64,000 nt of DNA from Candidatus Iainarchaeum sp. (GTDB lineage Archaea; Iainarchaeota; Iainarchaeia; Iainarchaeales; JAXPJC01). The stretch is taken from NCBI GenBank assembly GCA_016187745.1, contig JACPJC010000006.1, forward strand, positions 32,001 through 96,000, given 5' to 3'. A model generated the notes under the pieces. That model was not told the DNA's origin, made no database searches, and saw only the letters and a list, made by a program, of their open reading frames with translations. The translations under genes were made by a program, and so were the position numbers. Shown here one piece after another: positions 19,297 through 28,197 of the stretch (positions are counted from its first letter, which is position 1; every line of letters starts with the position of its first letter).

Positions 19297-19881
19297 ATGA
19301 CAAAGCAATCTATGTTTGAGGGCAAGTTCAGAAGGCGCAGGGAATGCAAGACTGATTACAGGAAAAGGCTTGCGATGGTCAAATCGGGGAAACCCAGGCT
19401 CATTGCGAGGAAGACCGACCGCTACATAATGGCGCAGGTTGTAAATTACGCTCCAAAGGGGGATGTTGTTGCGGCAGGCGCAAATTCAAGGGAGCTTGAG
19501 AAATTCGGCTGGCCGTTCGGGAAGAAGAATTTGAGCGCGGCCTATCTTACAGGAATGCTTGTTGCGCAGAGGGCGAAGGAAAAGGGCATTTCCGAGGCAA
19601 TATTCGACCTCGGCCTGCAGGCCAATGCCCATGGGGCGAGGATTTTTGCAGTCCTCAAGGGGGCGCTTGACGCGGGAATGAAAATTCCGCATGATGCTGA
19701 AGTGATTCCGAAGGCCGAAAGGATAGGCGGGAAGCACGTAGGGGATTATGCGAAAGCACATCCAAACAGCAAGCAGCAGTTTTCGGAGTATGCGAAAAAG
19801 AAGATTTCTGCAGAGAATATTCCTGCTGCATTTGAGAATGCCAAAAAGAGAATTACTGGGAATGGCGGGGAACAAAAATGA
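19297..19881 (+). CDS. rpl18: 50S ribosomal protein uL18
   Basis: RRRRECKTDY, AAYLTG, GALDAG. Confidence 0.94.
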   Translation: MTKQSMFEGKFRRRRECKTDYRKRLAMVKSGKPRLIARKTDRYIMAQVVNYAPKGDVVAAGANSRELEKFGWPFGKKNLSAAYLTGMLVAQRAKEKGISEAIFDLGLQANAHGARIFAVLKGALDAGMKIPHDAEVIPKAERIGGKHVGDYAKAHPNSKQQFSEYAKKKISAENIPAAFENAKKRITGNGGEQK

Positions 19882-20594
19882 GTGCGAAAAAGTTATCAGT
19901 TGAAGAGCCGGAGCTTTCTGCATCCGAAAGGCTGCTGAGGCAGAATGAAGAGGAGCTTCAGAAGAAGCTTGCGGCATGGGCGCCGAAGACCGAGTTGGGA
20001 AGGATGGTGCAGCGCTCCGAAATTACCGAAATGGACCAGATTTTCGAAAACAATTACAAGATACTTGAGCCGGAAATAATTGACTTCATGCTGCCTAACC
20101 TTGAGGAAAAGATTGTTGAATCGACAAAAACAACAAGGGTTAGAAGGGCCGGAAGGCAGTTCTCGTTCAGGACGGCCGTCCTTGTGGGGGACAGGAACGG
20201 CCATATCGGCCTTGGAATCGGAACTGACAGGGAGAGGCTTCCTGCGGTGCAGAAGGCAACGGAGAATGCGAAAATGCATCTGATGAGGATTAACAGGGGC
20301 TGCGGAAGCTGGGAGTGCAGGTGCAGCATGCAGCATTCTGTGCCTTATAAAATAGAGGGGCGATGCGCTTCCGTAAGGATTGTTCTGATGCCCGCGCCAA
20401 AAGGAACCGGGCTTGTTGTGGGGGAAGAAACAAAGGAAGTCCTGGAAACCGCGGGAATAACAGACGTGTGGAGCAGGACAAAGGGAAGCACGGCAACAAA
20501 GCTTAATTTTGTGAAGGCGACAATAAATGCGCTTGCAAACATATCCAAGGTGCATATTTCTGAAAACATGTCAAGAAAGCTGGAAGTGAAATGA
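19878..20594 (+). CDS. rps5: 30S ribosomal protein uS5
   Basis: WAPKTELG, RGCGSWEC, PAPKGTGL. Confidence 0.95.
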   Translation: MSAKKLSVEEPELSASERLLRQNEEELQKKLAAWAPKTELGRMVQRSEITEMDQIFENNYKILEPEIIDFMLPNLEEKIVESTKTTRVRRAGRQFSFRTAVLVGDRNGHIGLGIGTDRERLPAVQKATENAKMHLMRINRGCGSWECRCSMQHSVPYKIEGRCASVRIVLMPAPKGTGLVVGEETKEVLETAGITDVWSRTKGSTATKLNFVKATINALANISKVHISENMSRKLEVK

Positions 20595-21058
20595 AAATGT
20601 ACGCCGCAATAATGGTAAGGGGATTGATAGGCGCGAAAAAGGACGCAAAAATGGCGATGAGGCTTATGCGCCTGAACAAGCAGAACCACCTTGTGCTGCT
20701 GCCTGAAAATGATAGCAACAAGGGAACGCTCGAGAAGGTCCAGAGCTATGTTACCTATGGAAAGATTGCGAATGATGTGCTTGCAGGGCTTGTTGAAAAA
20801 TGGGCAAGGCTCATTGGAAATAAGAAAATTGATGCGGAGTTCCTGAAGAAAAACAAGTTCGGGAATTTCAATGAGCTTGCAAATGCTCTTATCGATGGGA
20901 AAACTTCGCTTGCGGAGCTGCAGATAAAGCCGGTGTTCAGGCTGCATGCGCCGAGCAAGGGGTATGAGAGAAAGGGCACAAAAAAGCCTTTTTCACTAGG
21001 GGGCGCGCTTGGCCCGAGGGAGAATGAAATAAACAAATTGATTATGAGGATGATTTAG
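20591..21058 (+). CDS. rpl30: 50S ribosomal protein uL30
   Basis: FRLHAP, GALG.R, INKLIMRMI. Confidence 0.93.
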   Translation: MKMYAAIMVRGLIGAKKDAKMAMRLMRLNKQNHLVLLPENDSNKGTLEKVQSYVTYGKIANDVLAGLVEKWARLIGNKKIDAEFLKKNKFGNFNELANALIDGKTSLAELQIKPVFRLHAPSKGYERKGTKKPFSLGGALGPRENEINKLIMRMI

Positions 21059-21143
21059 AATGAAGGAAGGGAATCAGGATTAACCTAAAACTGAAGGGAA
21101 ACCTTGGTTTCCCTGCGGTTTGGATGAGGATGATTTAGAATGA
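21044..21143 (+). mobile_element. putative hairpin micro-element family B (21064-21123) flanked by a perfect 20-bp duplication
   Basis: atgaggatgatttagaatga at 21044-21063 and 21124-21143. The insert is homologous to 27069-27131. Confidence 0.65.
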
Positions 21144-21589
21144 CTGTGCGAAAAAGGAAAAGGAAAAACAAGCTGCGCGGTTCGCGCACTTTCGGAACCG
21201 GAAATACCAAGCATAAGCGCGGCTCAGGATGCAGGGGCGGAAAGGGAAGGGCCGGAAGCCACAAGCACAAGTATTCCAAATATTACGATACGTTTGGAGT
21301 AACGCTGAGGCTGAAGCCAAGGAAACTCAAGGGGAATGAAATGAACCTCTGGCAGGTTGATGAAAACATCGAAGGCTGGCTTTCCGGAAAAATGATTGAG
21401 AAGAGCGGCGACGCTTACGTAATTGACTGCAAAAAGCTCGGAATAAGGAAAATACTTTCAAAGGGGAATCTTGCAAGGAAAGTTATCCTGAGGAATGCGC
21501 AGCTAAGCGAAAAGGCAAGGGAAAAAATAATCGCATCAAAGGGAATCATTGAGGAAGCAGGGGAGAAAAAGGAGAAGGGTGAAAAATGA
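21140..21589 (+). CDS. rpl15: 50S ribosomal protein uL15
   Basis: RGSRTFG.G, RGSGCRGGKGRAG, KILSKG. Confidence 0.93.
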   Translation: MTVRKRKRKNKLRGSRTFGTGNTKHKRGSGCRGGKGRAGSHKHKYSKYYDTFGVTLRLKPRKLKGNEMNLWQVDENIEGWLSGKMIEKSGDAYVIDCKKLGIRKILSKGNLARKVILRNAQLSEKAREKIIASKGIIEEAGEKKEKGEK

Positions 21590-22956
21590 GCATCCTTGAT
21601 GTTTTTGAGCCAATTTACAAGCTGCTTCCTGAGGTGAAGAGCCCGGAAGTAAAGCCGGCGCTTAAGCGCAGGCTCATGTGGAGTGCGCTGGCGCTCCTGC
21701 TGTTTTTCATAATGGGCAATATTACTGTCTATGGGATTGACCTTTCAAGAAGCCTGGGGGGCAATCTCGCGGCATTTGAGCTCATACTTGCAAGCAAGAT
21801 TGGAAGCCTTATAACTGTGGGAATAGGCCCGATAGTGCTCGCATCAATCATACTGCAGATGCTTGTGGGGGGCAAAATAATAAACATAGACCTTTCAAAC
21901 CCAAAGGACAGGGCGCGCTTCACGAGCATGCAGAAGCTGTTTGGGATCGTGCTTTGCTTCTTCGAGGCATTTGTATATTCCGCATTCGGGTTTTTGGTTC
22001 CAGATTCGGGAATGCTTCTGCCTGTAATCCTGCAGATAGCATTCGGCGCAATAATCCTGATATATCTGGATGAAGTTGTTTCAAAGTATGGAATAGGCTC
22101 TGGAATCGGATTGTTTATTGCAGGCGGAGTCGCAGGCTCAATAGGATGGCGCATTTTCGCCCCTTACCTTGTCACAAACGTTGGAATAGTTGAGGGCCTG
22201 CTGCTGCAGATTGTTGGGGAGGCGGTGAAGGGAAGCCTGCTCAATGCGTTTGTCCTGTCGGTTCCGATAATATTTGTGATTGTGATTTTTCTCGTGGTTG
22301 TTTTTGCGGAGGGAATGCACGTAAATATCCCGATTACCGTAGGGAGGAGCGGGGCGACATCGCGCTTCCCCGTGAAATTCCTCTATGTGAGCAACCTTCC
22401 AGTTATACTTGCAATGGCGCTGTATGCGAACCTGCAGATGTGGGCGATAGCGGGCGCAAATATCCCAATACTCGGAACAATGCTCGGCGCAGTAAGCTAT
22501 GCAACTGCAATCCCGAGGGTCGGGGGAACAGCGCTCTTTGAGGCGATTTTCCTGCAGGGGCTTTCGGGAATTGTGATTGCTGAAATCCTGCATGCGGTGC
22601 TTTATATTGCGGTCTTTGTTGTCATTTGCGTTGTTTTCGGAAAATTCTGGGTGGAGATGGCAGGGCAGGGGCCTGCGGCAATTTCAGAGCAATTGCAGAA
22701 AGCCGGAATGTCTATTCCTGGATTCAGGAAGGACCCGCGCATCATAAGGCAGATTTTGGATAGGTACATTCCGCCAATTACAATCCTTGGGAGCGCATTT
22801 GTTGCGCTGCTTGCGGGGCTTGCGGATTTGACCGGAGCACTTGGGAGCGGGACGGGAATACTTCTGACTGTTGGAATTGTTTACAGGCTTTATGAGGAAC
22901 TTGCAAGGGAGCAGCTCATGGAAATGCACCCGTTGCTTGGGAGACTTTTCAAATGA
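21586..22956 (+). CDS. secY: preprotein translocase subunit SecY
   Basis: GIGPIV, KYGIGSGIGLFI, IPGFRKD, GSGTGILL. Confidence 0.97.
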   Translation: MSILDVFEPIYKLLPEVKSPEVKPALKRRLMWSALALLLFFIMGNITVYGIDLSRSLGGNLAAFELILASKIGSLITVGIGPIVLASIILQMLVGGKIINIDLSNPKDRARFTSMQKLFGIVLCFFEAFVYSAFGFLVPDSGMLLPVILQIAFGAIILIYLDEVVSKYGIGSGIGLFIAGGVAGSIGWRIFAPYLVTNVGIVEGLLLQIVGEAVKGSLLNAFVLSVPIIFVIVIFLVVVFAEGMHVNIPITVGRSGATSRFPVKFLYVSNLPVILAMALYANLQMWAIAGANIPILGTMLGAVSYATAIPRVGGTALFEAIFLQGLSGIVIAEILHAVLYIAVFVVICVVFGKFWVEMAGQGPAAISEQLQKAGMSIPGFRKDPRIIRQILDRYIPPITILGSAFVALLAGLADLTGALGSGTGILLTVGIVYRLYEELAREQLMEMHPLLGRLFK

Positions 22957-22990
22957 CTAAGTGGAAGTTTGAGGAAACGGAGGGTTTCTG

Positions 22991-23485
22991 ATGTGGCAAC
23001 TGATAAATCCTACAATTGATATTCTGCTGATTTCAATAGGCATAGCTGCGGTATCGCAGCTGTTCCAGATGAAATTTACAGACAGGAAAAAAATGCGAGC
23101 AATGCAGAAGGAAATGAAGGACAAGCAGAAGAGAATGCGCGAGCTTGCGGGAAAAACCGATGCTAACGCGCTTGCGGAAATCAAGAAACTCGAGCAGGAG
23201 ATGATGCATGCGCTCAATGAGAGCATGAAGCACAGCATGGGCAGCATGATAAAGCTTATGCCGCTTACAGTAATTTTCCTGTTTGTTTACTGGCTGCTTG
23301 GCAGCGCCTATGGGAGCAGCGCGGTGCCAACGCTTTTCCCAATAAGCATAGTCAAGCCCGCAATGGGCTGGATATGGTGGTATGTGATATGCGTATTTAT
23401 AGCAAGCATTGTAATAAGCGCATTAACGAATGCTGTTGAGAACAGGATGGAATCAAAAGCGCAGGGAGTTGCAAAAAATGGTTGA
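22991..23485 (+). CDS. DUF106 / EMC3-TMCO1 family membrane insertase-like protein
   Basis: TM helix, coiled coil with Met-rich stretch, GWIWWY; conserved position after secY. Confidence 0.82.
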   Translation: MWQLINPTIDILLISIGIAAVSQLFQMKFTDRKKMRAMQKEMKDKQKRMRELAGKTDANALAEIKKLEQEMMHALNESMKHSMGSMIKLMPLTVIFLFVYWLLGSAYGSSAVPTLFPISIVKPAMGWIWWYVICVFIASIVISALTNAVENRMESKAQGVAKNG

Positions 23486-23819
23486 ACCTAAGAAAAGGAA
23501 TATGAAAAGGCGCTATGTGAGGACCTCGGGCGGAGTGGTAAGGCTGCATTTCGGAAAGCGCAAGTCCTCAAAGCACGAATGCGCGCTTTGCGGAAGGACA
23601 ATGCACGGGATGCTCCACGGCTCGGGAATAAGCGAGGCGCATGATGCGGCAAAGACGGAAAAAAGGCCAAGCGCACTGCTCGCAGGCGCATTATGCAACA
23701 AATGCAGGGCAGTGGCAACAGAAGAGGCGATAAAAGTAAAGCACGGAATAAAGCCGATTGATGAGGTTGATCTGGGCTTCAGGAAATACGCTGAAATGAT
23801 AATGAAGAGGATTGAGTGA
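23478..23819 (+). CDS. rpl34e: 50S ribosomal protein eL34
   Basis: VRTSGG, CALCG, KTEKRPS...LCNKC. Confidence 0.88.
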   Translation: MVEPKKRNMKRRYVRTSGGVVRLHFGKRKSSKHECALCGRTMHGMLHGSGISEAHDAAKTEKRPSALLAGALCNKCRAVATEEAIKVKHGIKPIDEVDLGFRKYAEMIMKRIE

Positions 23820-24298
23820 ATATGATAGTAACAATATCGGGCCTGCCGGGAACGGATGCAAGGGAGATCTGCAAGCAGATAGCGCTTGAATTCAACCTGC
23901 AGTATGTTTCCCTTGAGCAGATAGGAAAGGGGATTGCGCTTCCGGGCAATGCCGCAAGGATTTCAGAAATGCTCAAGGCGGCAGTGCGCAGGAAAAACTG
24001 CATAGTGGAGCATGCGCTCGCGGGAATAATGCTCAGCAATGCGGATGCGAAGGTCTTCCTGCTTTCATTCAGGCTCAACAGGGCGAGGATGCTTTCCAAG
24101 CGCGAAAAAATAGAATTCGATGCCGCGCTCGGAAAAATCGAGGGCGAAGAGGAAATCCTGGGGAAAATCGCATCAGACGAACTTGGGATTGGAATGGACA
24201 GCCTTAATCCCTATGACCTTGTGCTTAACTCTGACAAAATCGGCAGCAATGATGCGGCGGAGCTAATAAAGAATTACATAAAGAGGGCCGTTGCATAA
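23816..24298 (+). CDS. cmk: cytidylate kinase homolog with degenerate P-loop
   Basis: IVTISGLPGT, YDLVLN; position between L34e and L14e. Lacks GK[ST]. Confidence 0.7.
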   Translation: MNMIVTISGLPGTDAREICKQIALEFNLQYVSLEQIGKGIALPGNAARISEMLKAAVRRKNCIVEHALAGIMLSNADAKVFLLSFRLNRARMLSKREKIEFDAALGKIEGEEEILGKIASDELGIGMDSLNPYDLVLNSDKIGSNDAAELIKNYIKRAVA

Positions 24299-24317
24299 AT
24301 TTTAGGGAGGGAAAAAA

Positions 24318-24539
24318 ATGCCTGCGCTTGAAGTTGGAAGAATCTGCGTGAAAACGCGCGGAAGGAATGCCGGAAAGAGGGTAGCAATAGTGGAAATGCA
24401 GAAGAATTTTGCGGTAATTGACGCGCCGAACATGAAGAGGAAGCGCTGCAACATCCTGCACCTGATTCCGCTTGAGGAGAAGATTGATGTGAACAAGGGC
24501 ACAAGCCATGAGGAAATTGCAAAAATTATGAAAAAATAG
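24318..24539 (+). CDS. rpl14e: 50S ribosomal protein eL14
   Basis: EVGRICVKTRGRNAGK, KRKRCNILHL. Confidence 0.93.
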   Translation: MPALEVGRICVKTRGRNAGKRVAIVEMQKNFAVIDAPNMKRKRCNILHLIPLEEKIDVNKGTSHEEIAKIMKK

Positions 24540-24569
24540 TGGAAAATAGTTTGTGTTTTTAAATAGAAT

Positions 24570-25133
24570 ATGGGGAAAATTAATATGGTTGAAGGAAAAA
24601 TTGCAGAAAATCCGGATGAAATCCGCTATATTGTCAGGATTGTCGGAAAGGACCTTAACGGCCTTTCCCCAATATGGCATGCGCTTCTTGGAATAAAGGG
24701 GATAGGGCAGAGAATGGCAATAATGATGGCAAGGGCATTTGAAAGCAGGACAGGAATCGGATATGATGCTAAGCTCGGGGAGATTCCAGAGGACAAGCAC
24801 AAGGTGCTTGAGGATATTGTGATGCACCCGGGGAATTATGGCATTCCCTCCTGGGCATTCAACAGGGGGAAGGATATTGAGAGCGGGAAAGACATGCATC
24901 TCGTAATGTCGGAGCTTGATTTTTCATTGCGCAATGACTTGCAGAGGCTGAGGGAAATAAAGACCTACAGGGGGATGAGGCACACCTGGGGGCTTCCGGT
25001 AAGGGGCGGAAAAACAAGGACAAGGGCAAGGAAGCGCGGCGTTTCCGTCGGAGTGGAGAAGAAGGCTGCAAAGGCCGCAATGGCCCCGAAGGCCGGGGAA
25101 AAGGCAGAGGCAAAAGAGGAAAAAAAGAAGTGA
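24570..25133 (+). CDS. rps13: 30S ribosomal protein uS13
   Basis: IKGIGQR, YRGMRH.WGLPVRG. Confidence 0.95.
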   Translation: MGKINMVEGKIAENPDEIRYIVRIVGKDLNGLSPIWHALLGIKGIGQRMAIMMARAFESRTGIGYDAKLGEIPEDKHKVLEDIVMHPGNYGIPSWAFNRGKDIESGKDMHLVMSELDFSLRNDLQRLREIKTYRGMRHTWGLPVRGGKTRTRARKRGVSVGVEKKAAKAAMAPKAGEKAEAKEEKKK

Positions 25134-25139
25134 TGAACA

Positions 25140-25748
25140 ATGGGCGATCCTAAAAGGGCCGAAAGGCAGTATGAAATTCCCAGGAAGCACTGGGATCTTG
25201 CCATAATAGAGAATGAGCGCAAGACCATGGAGACCTATGGCCTGAAAAACAAGCGCGAGCTGCACCACCTGCAGGCGATTGTAAAGACCAAAAGGCACAA
25301 TGCGAGAAGTTTGCTTGCGCTTTCCGCGGAACAGCGCGTGAAAAGGCAGTCCGAACTTCTTAAAAGCCTTGAGAGAATAGGATTGCTGCCGGAGCATGCT
25401 ACGCTTGATGATGTTTTGGTTCTTTCAATTGAGGAATTGCTCGAAAGGCGCCTCCAAACTGTAGTGTGGAGGAAAGGGCTTGCAAATACGATAGGGCAGG
25501 CAAGGCAGTTCATAGTGCACGGGCATATTGCGGTTAACGGCAGAAAAATTGACCGGCCGGGCTACATAGTTTCAAAAGGCGAGGAAGAAAAGGTCGCATA
25601 TTATGGGAAGCAAATGCAGCTTGCGGCAAAGGAAAAGGTTGAGGAAATTAAAAAAGGGCAGGATGCGGAGGCGCAGGGAACTGAGGAAGCGGAAGCCGCA
25701 TCGGGGGAAACTGCCGAAGAGGCAATAAATATGGAAGAGGCGTCTTAA
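25140..25748 (+). CDS. rps4: 30S ribosomal protein uS4
   Basis: [29 protein letters not shown]. Confidence 0.96.
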   Translation: MGDPKRAERQYEIPRKHWDLAIIENERKTMETYGLKNKRELHHLQAIVKTKRHNARSLLALSAEQRVKRQSELLKSLERIGLLPEHATLDDVLVLSIEELLERRLQTVVWRKGLANTIGQARQFIVHGHIAVNGRKIDRPGYIVSKGEEEKVAYYGKQMQLAAKEKVEEIKKGQDAEAQGTEEAEAASGETAEEAINMEEAS

Positions 25749-25749
25749 A

Positions 25750-26142
25750 ATGAGCGATGAGGAAAAGCGCGGGATTCTGCACATATATGCGAGCCATAAC
25801 AACACGATTCTCCTGCTTACTGATGTGAGCGGCGCGGAAACAATTGCAAAATGCTCCGGGGGAATAGTTGTAAAGGCGCAGCACAAGGAGGCTTCTCCGT
25901 ATGCGGCAATGAAGGTTGCGGAGGTTGTTGCGGAGAAGGCAAGGGAGCGCGGAATCAGGTTCATTGATGTCAAGGTGAGGGCATCCGGAGGCACAAAGCT
26001 AAAATCCCCGGGTCCGGGGGCTGAAGCCGCAATCCGCTCGCTGACAAGGCAGGGGCTTATAATAAGGAACATTGAGAATGTAACTCCGATGCCGCATGAC
26101 GGGACAAGAAGGAAAAGGAAATACAGGAGCAAAAAAAAGTAA
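25750..26142 (+). CDS. rps11: 30S ribosomal protein uS11
   Basis: SPYAAM, PGPGA, TPMPHDG. Confidence 0.96.
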   Translation: MSDEEKRGILHIYASHNNTILLLTDVSGAETIAKCSGGIVVKAQHKEASPYAAMKVAEVVAEKARERGIRFIDVKVRASGGTKLKSPGPGAEAAIRSLTRQGLIIRNIENVTPMPHDGTRRKRKYRSKKK

Positions 26143-26173
26143 ATATTAATTTTTCCTGAAAGAAGGGAAATTA

Positions 26174-26196
26174 ATAAGAAACCGGAGGTTTCTTAT
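26174..26196 (+). promoter_or_regulatory. perfect 10-bp hairpin overlapping the rpoD SD (GGAGG) and abutting the ATG
   Basis: ataagaaacc-gga-ggtttcttat. Confidence 0.55.
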
Positions 26197-26946
26197 ATGG
26201 ATGTAAAAAAAATTGCACAGAAGGAAAATACCCTTAAATTCCTTGTAAGGGGGGTAAATTCCGAATTTGCGAATTCCCTGCGCAGGGCAATAATGGCTGA
26301 TGTGCCCATACTTGCGATAGAGGATGTTTCAGTATATGAAAATTCCTCAATATTATATGATGAGTTCCTTACCCAGAGGCTTGCATTGATTCCATTGACA
26401 ACAGATTTGAAAACATACAAGAAGGGTGAATCCGCTAAAATGAGCATCGATAAGGAAGGGCCCTGCACGGTCTATTCAAAGGACATAAAATGCAGCGATC
26501 CGAAAATTGAGGTAGCGGACAAGCGCATTCCGATTGTCAAATTGCTGAAGGACCAGAAATTAAAGCTTGAGATGAAGGCAGTAATGGGCTTCGGGAAGGA
26601 GCATGCGAAATGGCAGCCTGCGGTTGTTTCCTACAGGCAGCTTGCAACAATAAGCATTGGGAAGGACTGCGACCTGTGCGGGAAATGCATTGAGAACTGC
26701 GCAAAGAAGCTTCTGGAGGCAAAGGCAAAGAAGATTGTCCTGGAAACGCCGATTGAATGCGATTTGTGCGGAAAATGCAGGGATGTGTGCAACCTGCAGC
26801 AGCTTGCGATAGAATACAGCAAGGATGATTTTTTGTTCACTGTGGAAAGCCACGGGGCCCTTGAGGCCTCTGAAATAGTGGAAAAGGCTGCGGAAATCCT
26901 GAAAGACAGGAATTCGGACTTCAGGAAGGAGATTAAAAAATTATAA
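26197..26946 (+). CDS. rpoD: RNA polymerase subunit D (Rpo3) with 2x[4Fe-4S] ferredoxin-like domain
   Basis: ANSLRR, NSSILYDE, EHAKWQP, two CDLCGKC...C motifs. Confidence 0.95.
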   Translation: MDVKKIAQKENTLKFLVRGVNSEFANSLRRAIMADVPILAIEDVSVYENSSILYDEFLTQRLALIPLTTDLKTYKKGESAKMSIDKEGPCTVYSKDIKCSDPKIEVADKRIPIVKLLKDQKLKLEMKAVMGFGKEHAKWQPAVVSYRQLATISIGKDCDLCGKCIENCAKKLLEAKAKKIVLETPIECDLCGKCRDVCNLQQLAIEYSKDDFLFTVESHGALEASEIVEKAAEILKDRNSDFRKEIKKL

Positions 26947-27034
26947 CATTACAATCAGAAACTGCGTTTCCGATACCTTCCTTTGTTTCAAGGGAAACTC
27001 GGACGAGGAGATTAATAAATTATAACATTACAAT
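26927..27034 (-). mobile_element. putative family A hairpin element (26952-26981, minus orientation) flanked by a 29-bp duplication of the rpoD 3' end
   Basis: aggagattaa(a/t)aaattataacattacaat at 26927-26955 and 27006-27034. Confidence 0.65.
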
Positions 27035-27055
27035 TATTATGGGAAAGCCCGGTGG

Positions 27056-27130
27056 AATCCTGAACCTTAAGGGAAAGGGTCAGGATTAGCCTAAAACTGG
27101 GGAAAACCGTAGGTTTTCCGCGGTTTGGAT
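27056..27130 (+). repeat. family B double-hairpin element directly upstream of tRNA-Leu
   Basis: aatcctgaacctt/aagggtcaggatt stem, then ggaaaacc-gta-ggttttcc stem. Homologous to 21064-21126. Confidence 0.7.
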
Positions 27131-27272
27131 GCAGGGGTACCCAAGCGGCCAAAGGGGCAGGTGAGTTTTGATTTGAAAAAAACAAAATTCTGCCAAACTT
27201 AAGGTCTCTTGAAAAAAGGATGGGAAATCCTGTGGCTTAGTGCCTTCAAGGGTTCAAATCCCTTCCCCTGCA
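27131..27272 (+). tRNA. tRNA-Leu(UAA) with two introns (27162-27196 at 30/31; 27204-27226 at 37/38)
   Basis: Acceptor GCAGGGG/CCCCTGC-A, D arm, spliced anticodon arm CAGGA-CTTAAGA-TCCTG, long variable arm, T arm AAGGG-TTCAAAT-CCCTT. BHB motifs at both introns; typical rpoD-tRNALeu-L18e position. Confidence 0.9.
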
Positions 27273-27281
27273 CACCAATCC

Positions 27282-27304
27282 CTTTTCTTTTAGGAAAAGA
27301 AAAG
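27282..27304 (+). terminator. T-rich perfect inverted repeat after the tRNA
   Basis: cttttctttt-agg-aaaagaaaag. Confidence 0.45.
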
Positions 27305-27397
27305 ATCTGGGTTTTACCCCAAAAGAAAATAAAAAATAAAATTCAGGGAAAGAGAAAATAATTTTCGGAAAAAAAATAAAAAATCGGGAATGAGAAA

Positions 27398-27766
27398 ATG
27401 AAAGTTACAGGGCCTACGGAACTCGGAACTCAGGTTCTTATAAGAAGGCTTGAGAAGCTCGGAAAAAGCAGCGGGCAGGCCATGTGGCTTGACCTTGCGG
27501 AAAGGCTGGGAAAGCCGCGCAGGATAAGGCCTTCGGTTAATTTGTGGAAGCTCGGGAAAATGGCAAAGAAATTCCCGGGAAAAACATTGCTTGTTCCGGG
27601 GAAGGTGCTTGGCTCGGGCTCGCTGGATTCCGCGCTTTCAATATGCGCGCTTGAATTTTCCGCTGGCGCAATGAAAAAAATCTCCGGGCACAAGGGAAAG
27701 GCGCTGACGCTGGATGAATTCGTAGGAAAGCCCGCAGATGCGAAGGACATTGCAATAATAAAGTGA
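27398..27766 (+). CDS. rpl18e: 50S ribosomal protein eL18
   Basis: VNLWKL, VPGKVLGSG, FSAGA..KI. Confidence 0.93.
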   Translation: MKVTGPTELGTQVLIRRLEKLGKSSGQAMWLDLAERLGKPRRIRPSVNLWKLGKMAKKFPGKTLLVPGKVLGSGSLDSALSICALEFSAGAMKKISGHKGKALTLDEFVGKPADAKDIAIIK

Positions 27767-27771
27767 TTTTT

Positions 27772-28197
27772 ATGACAACAATAAATGCAGAAAACCTGAT
27801 TCTGGGAAAGCTTGCGACAAATGTTGCAAAGCGCCTTATTTCAGGGGAAACCATAGCCATTGCAAACGCGGAAAAATCCGTAATGCTCGGGACAAAAGAG
27901 GCAAAGGCATACAAGTTCAAGGTGAGGCTGGGAATCGCGTACAAGGGGATGCCTGAGCGCGGGCCGAAATACTCGAACAGGCCTGAAACCATAATGAGAT
28001 ATGCAATAAGGGGCATGCTGCCAATGGAAAGGGCCTCGGGGAGGGATGCATTCAGAAGGCTGAAGGTTTATTCAGGCCTGCCAATGGAGCTTAAGGACAG
28101 GAATTTAAAAACAGTTCCTGATGCAAAGTGTAAAAGCGACAGGTTTGTTTATCTGGAAGAGGTTTGCAAGCATCTGGGATATGAGGCGAAAGCATGA
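27772..28197 (+). CDS. rpl13: 50S ribosomal protein uL13
   Basis: ILGKLA..VAK, NAEK, IRGMLP. Confidence 0.94.
   Translation: MTTINAENLILGKLATNVAKRLISGETIAIANAEKSVMLGTKEAKAYKFKVRLGIAYKGMPERGPKYSNRPETIMRYAIRGMLPMERASGRDAFRRLKVYSGLPMELKDRNLKTVPDAKCKSDRFVYLEEVCKHLGYEAKA

Noticed and set aside
26665-26790. Twin CDLCGKC motifs in RpoD as a novelty
   Set aside because: A ferredoxin-like 2x[4Fe-4S] domain in Rpo3 is already known in several archaeal lineages.
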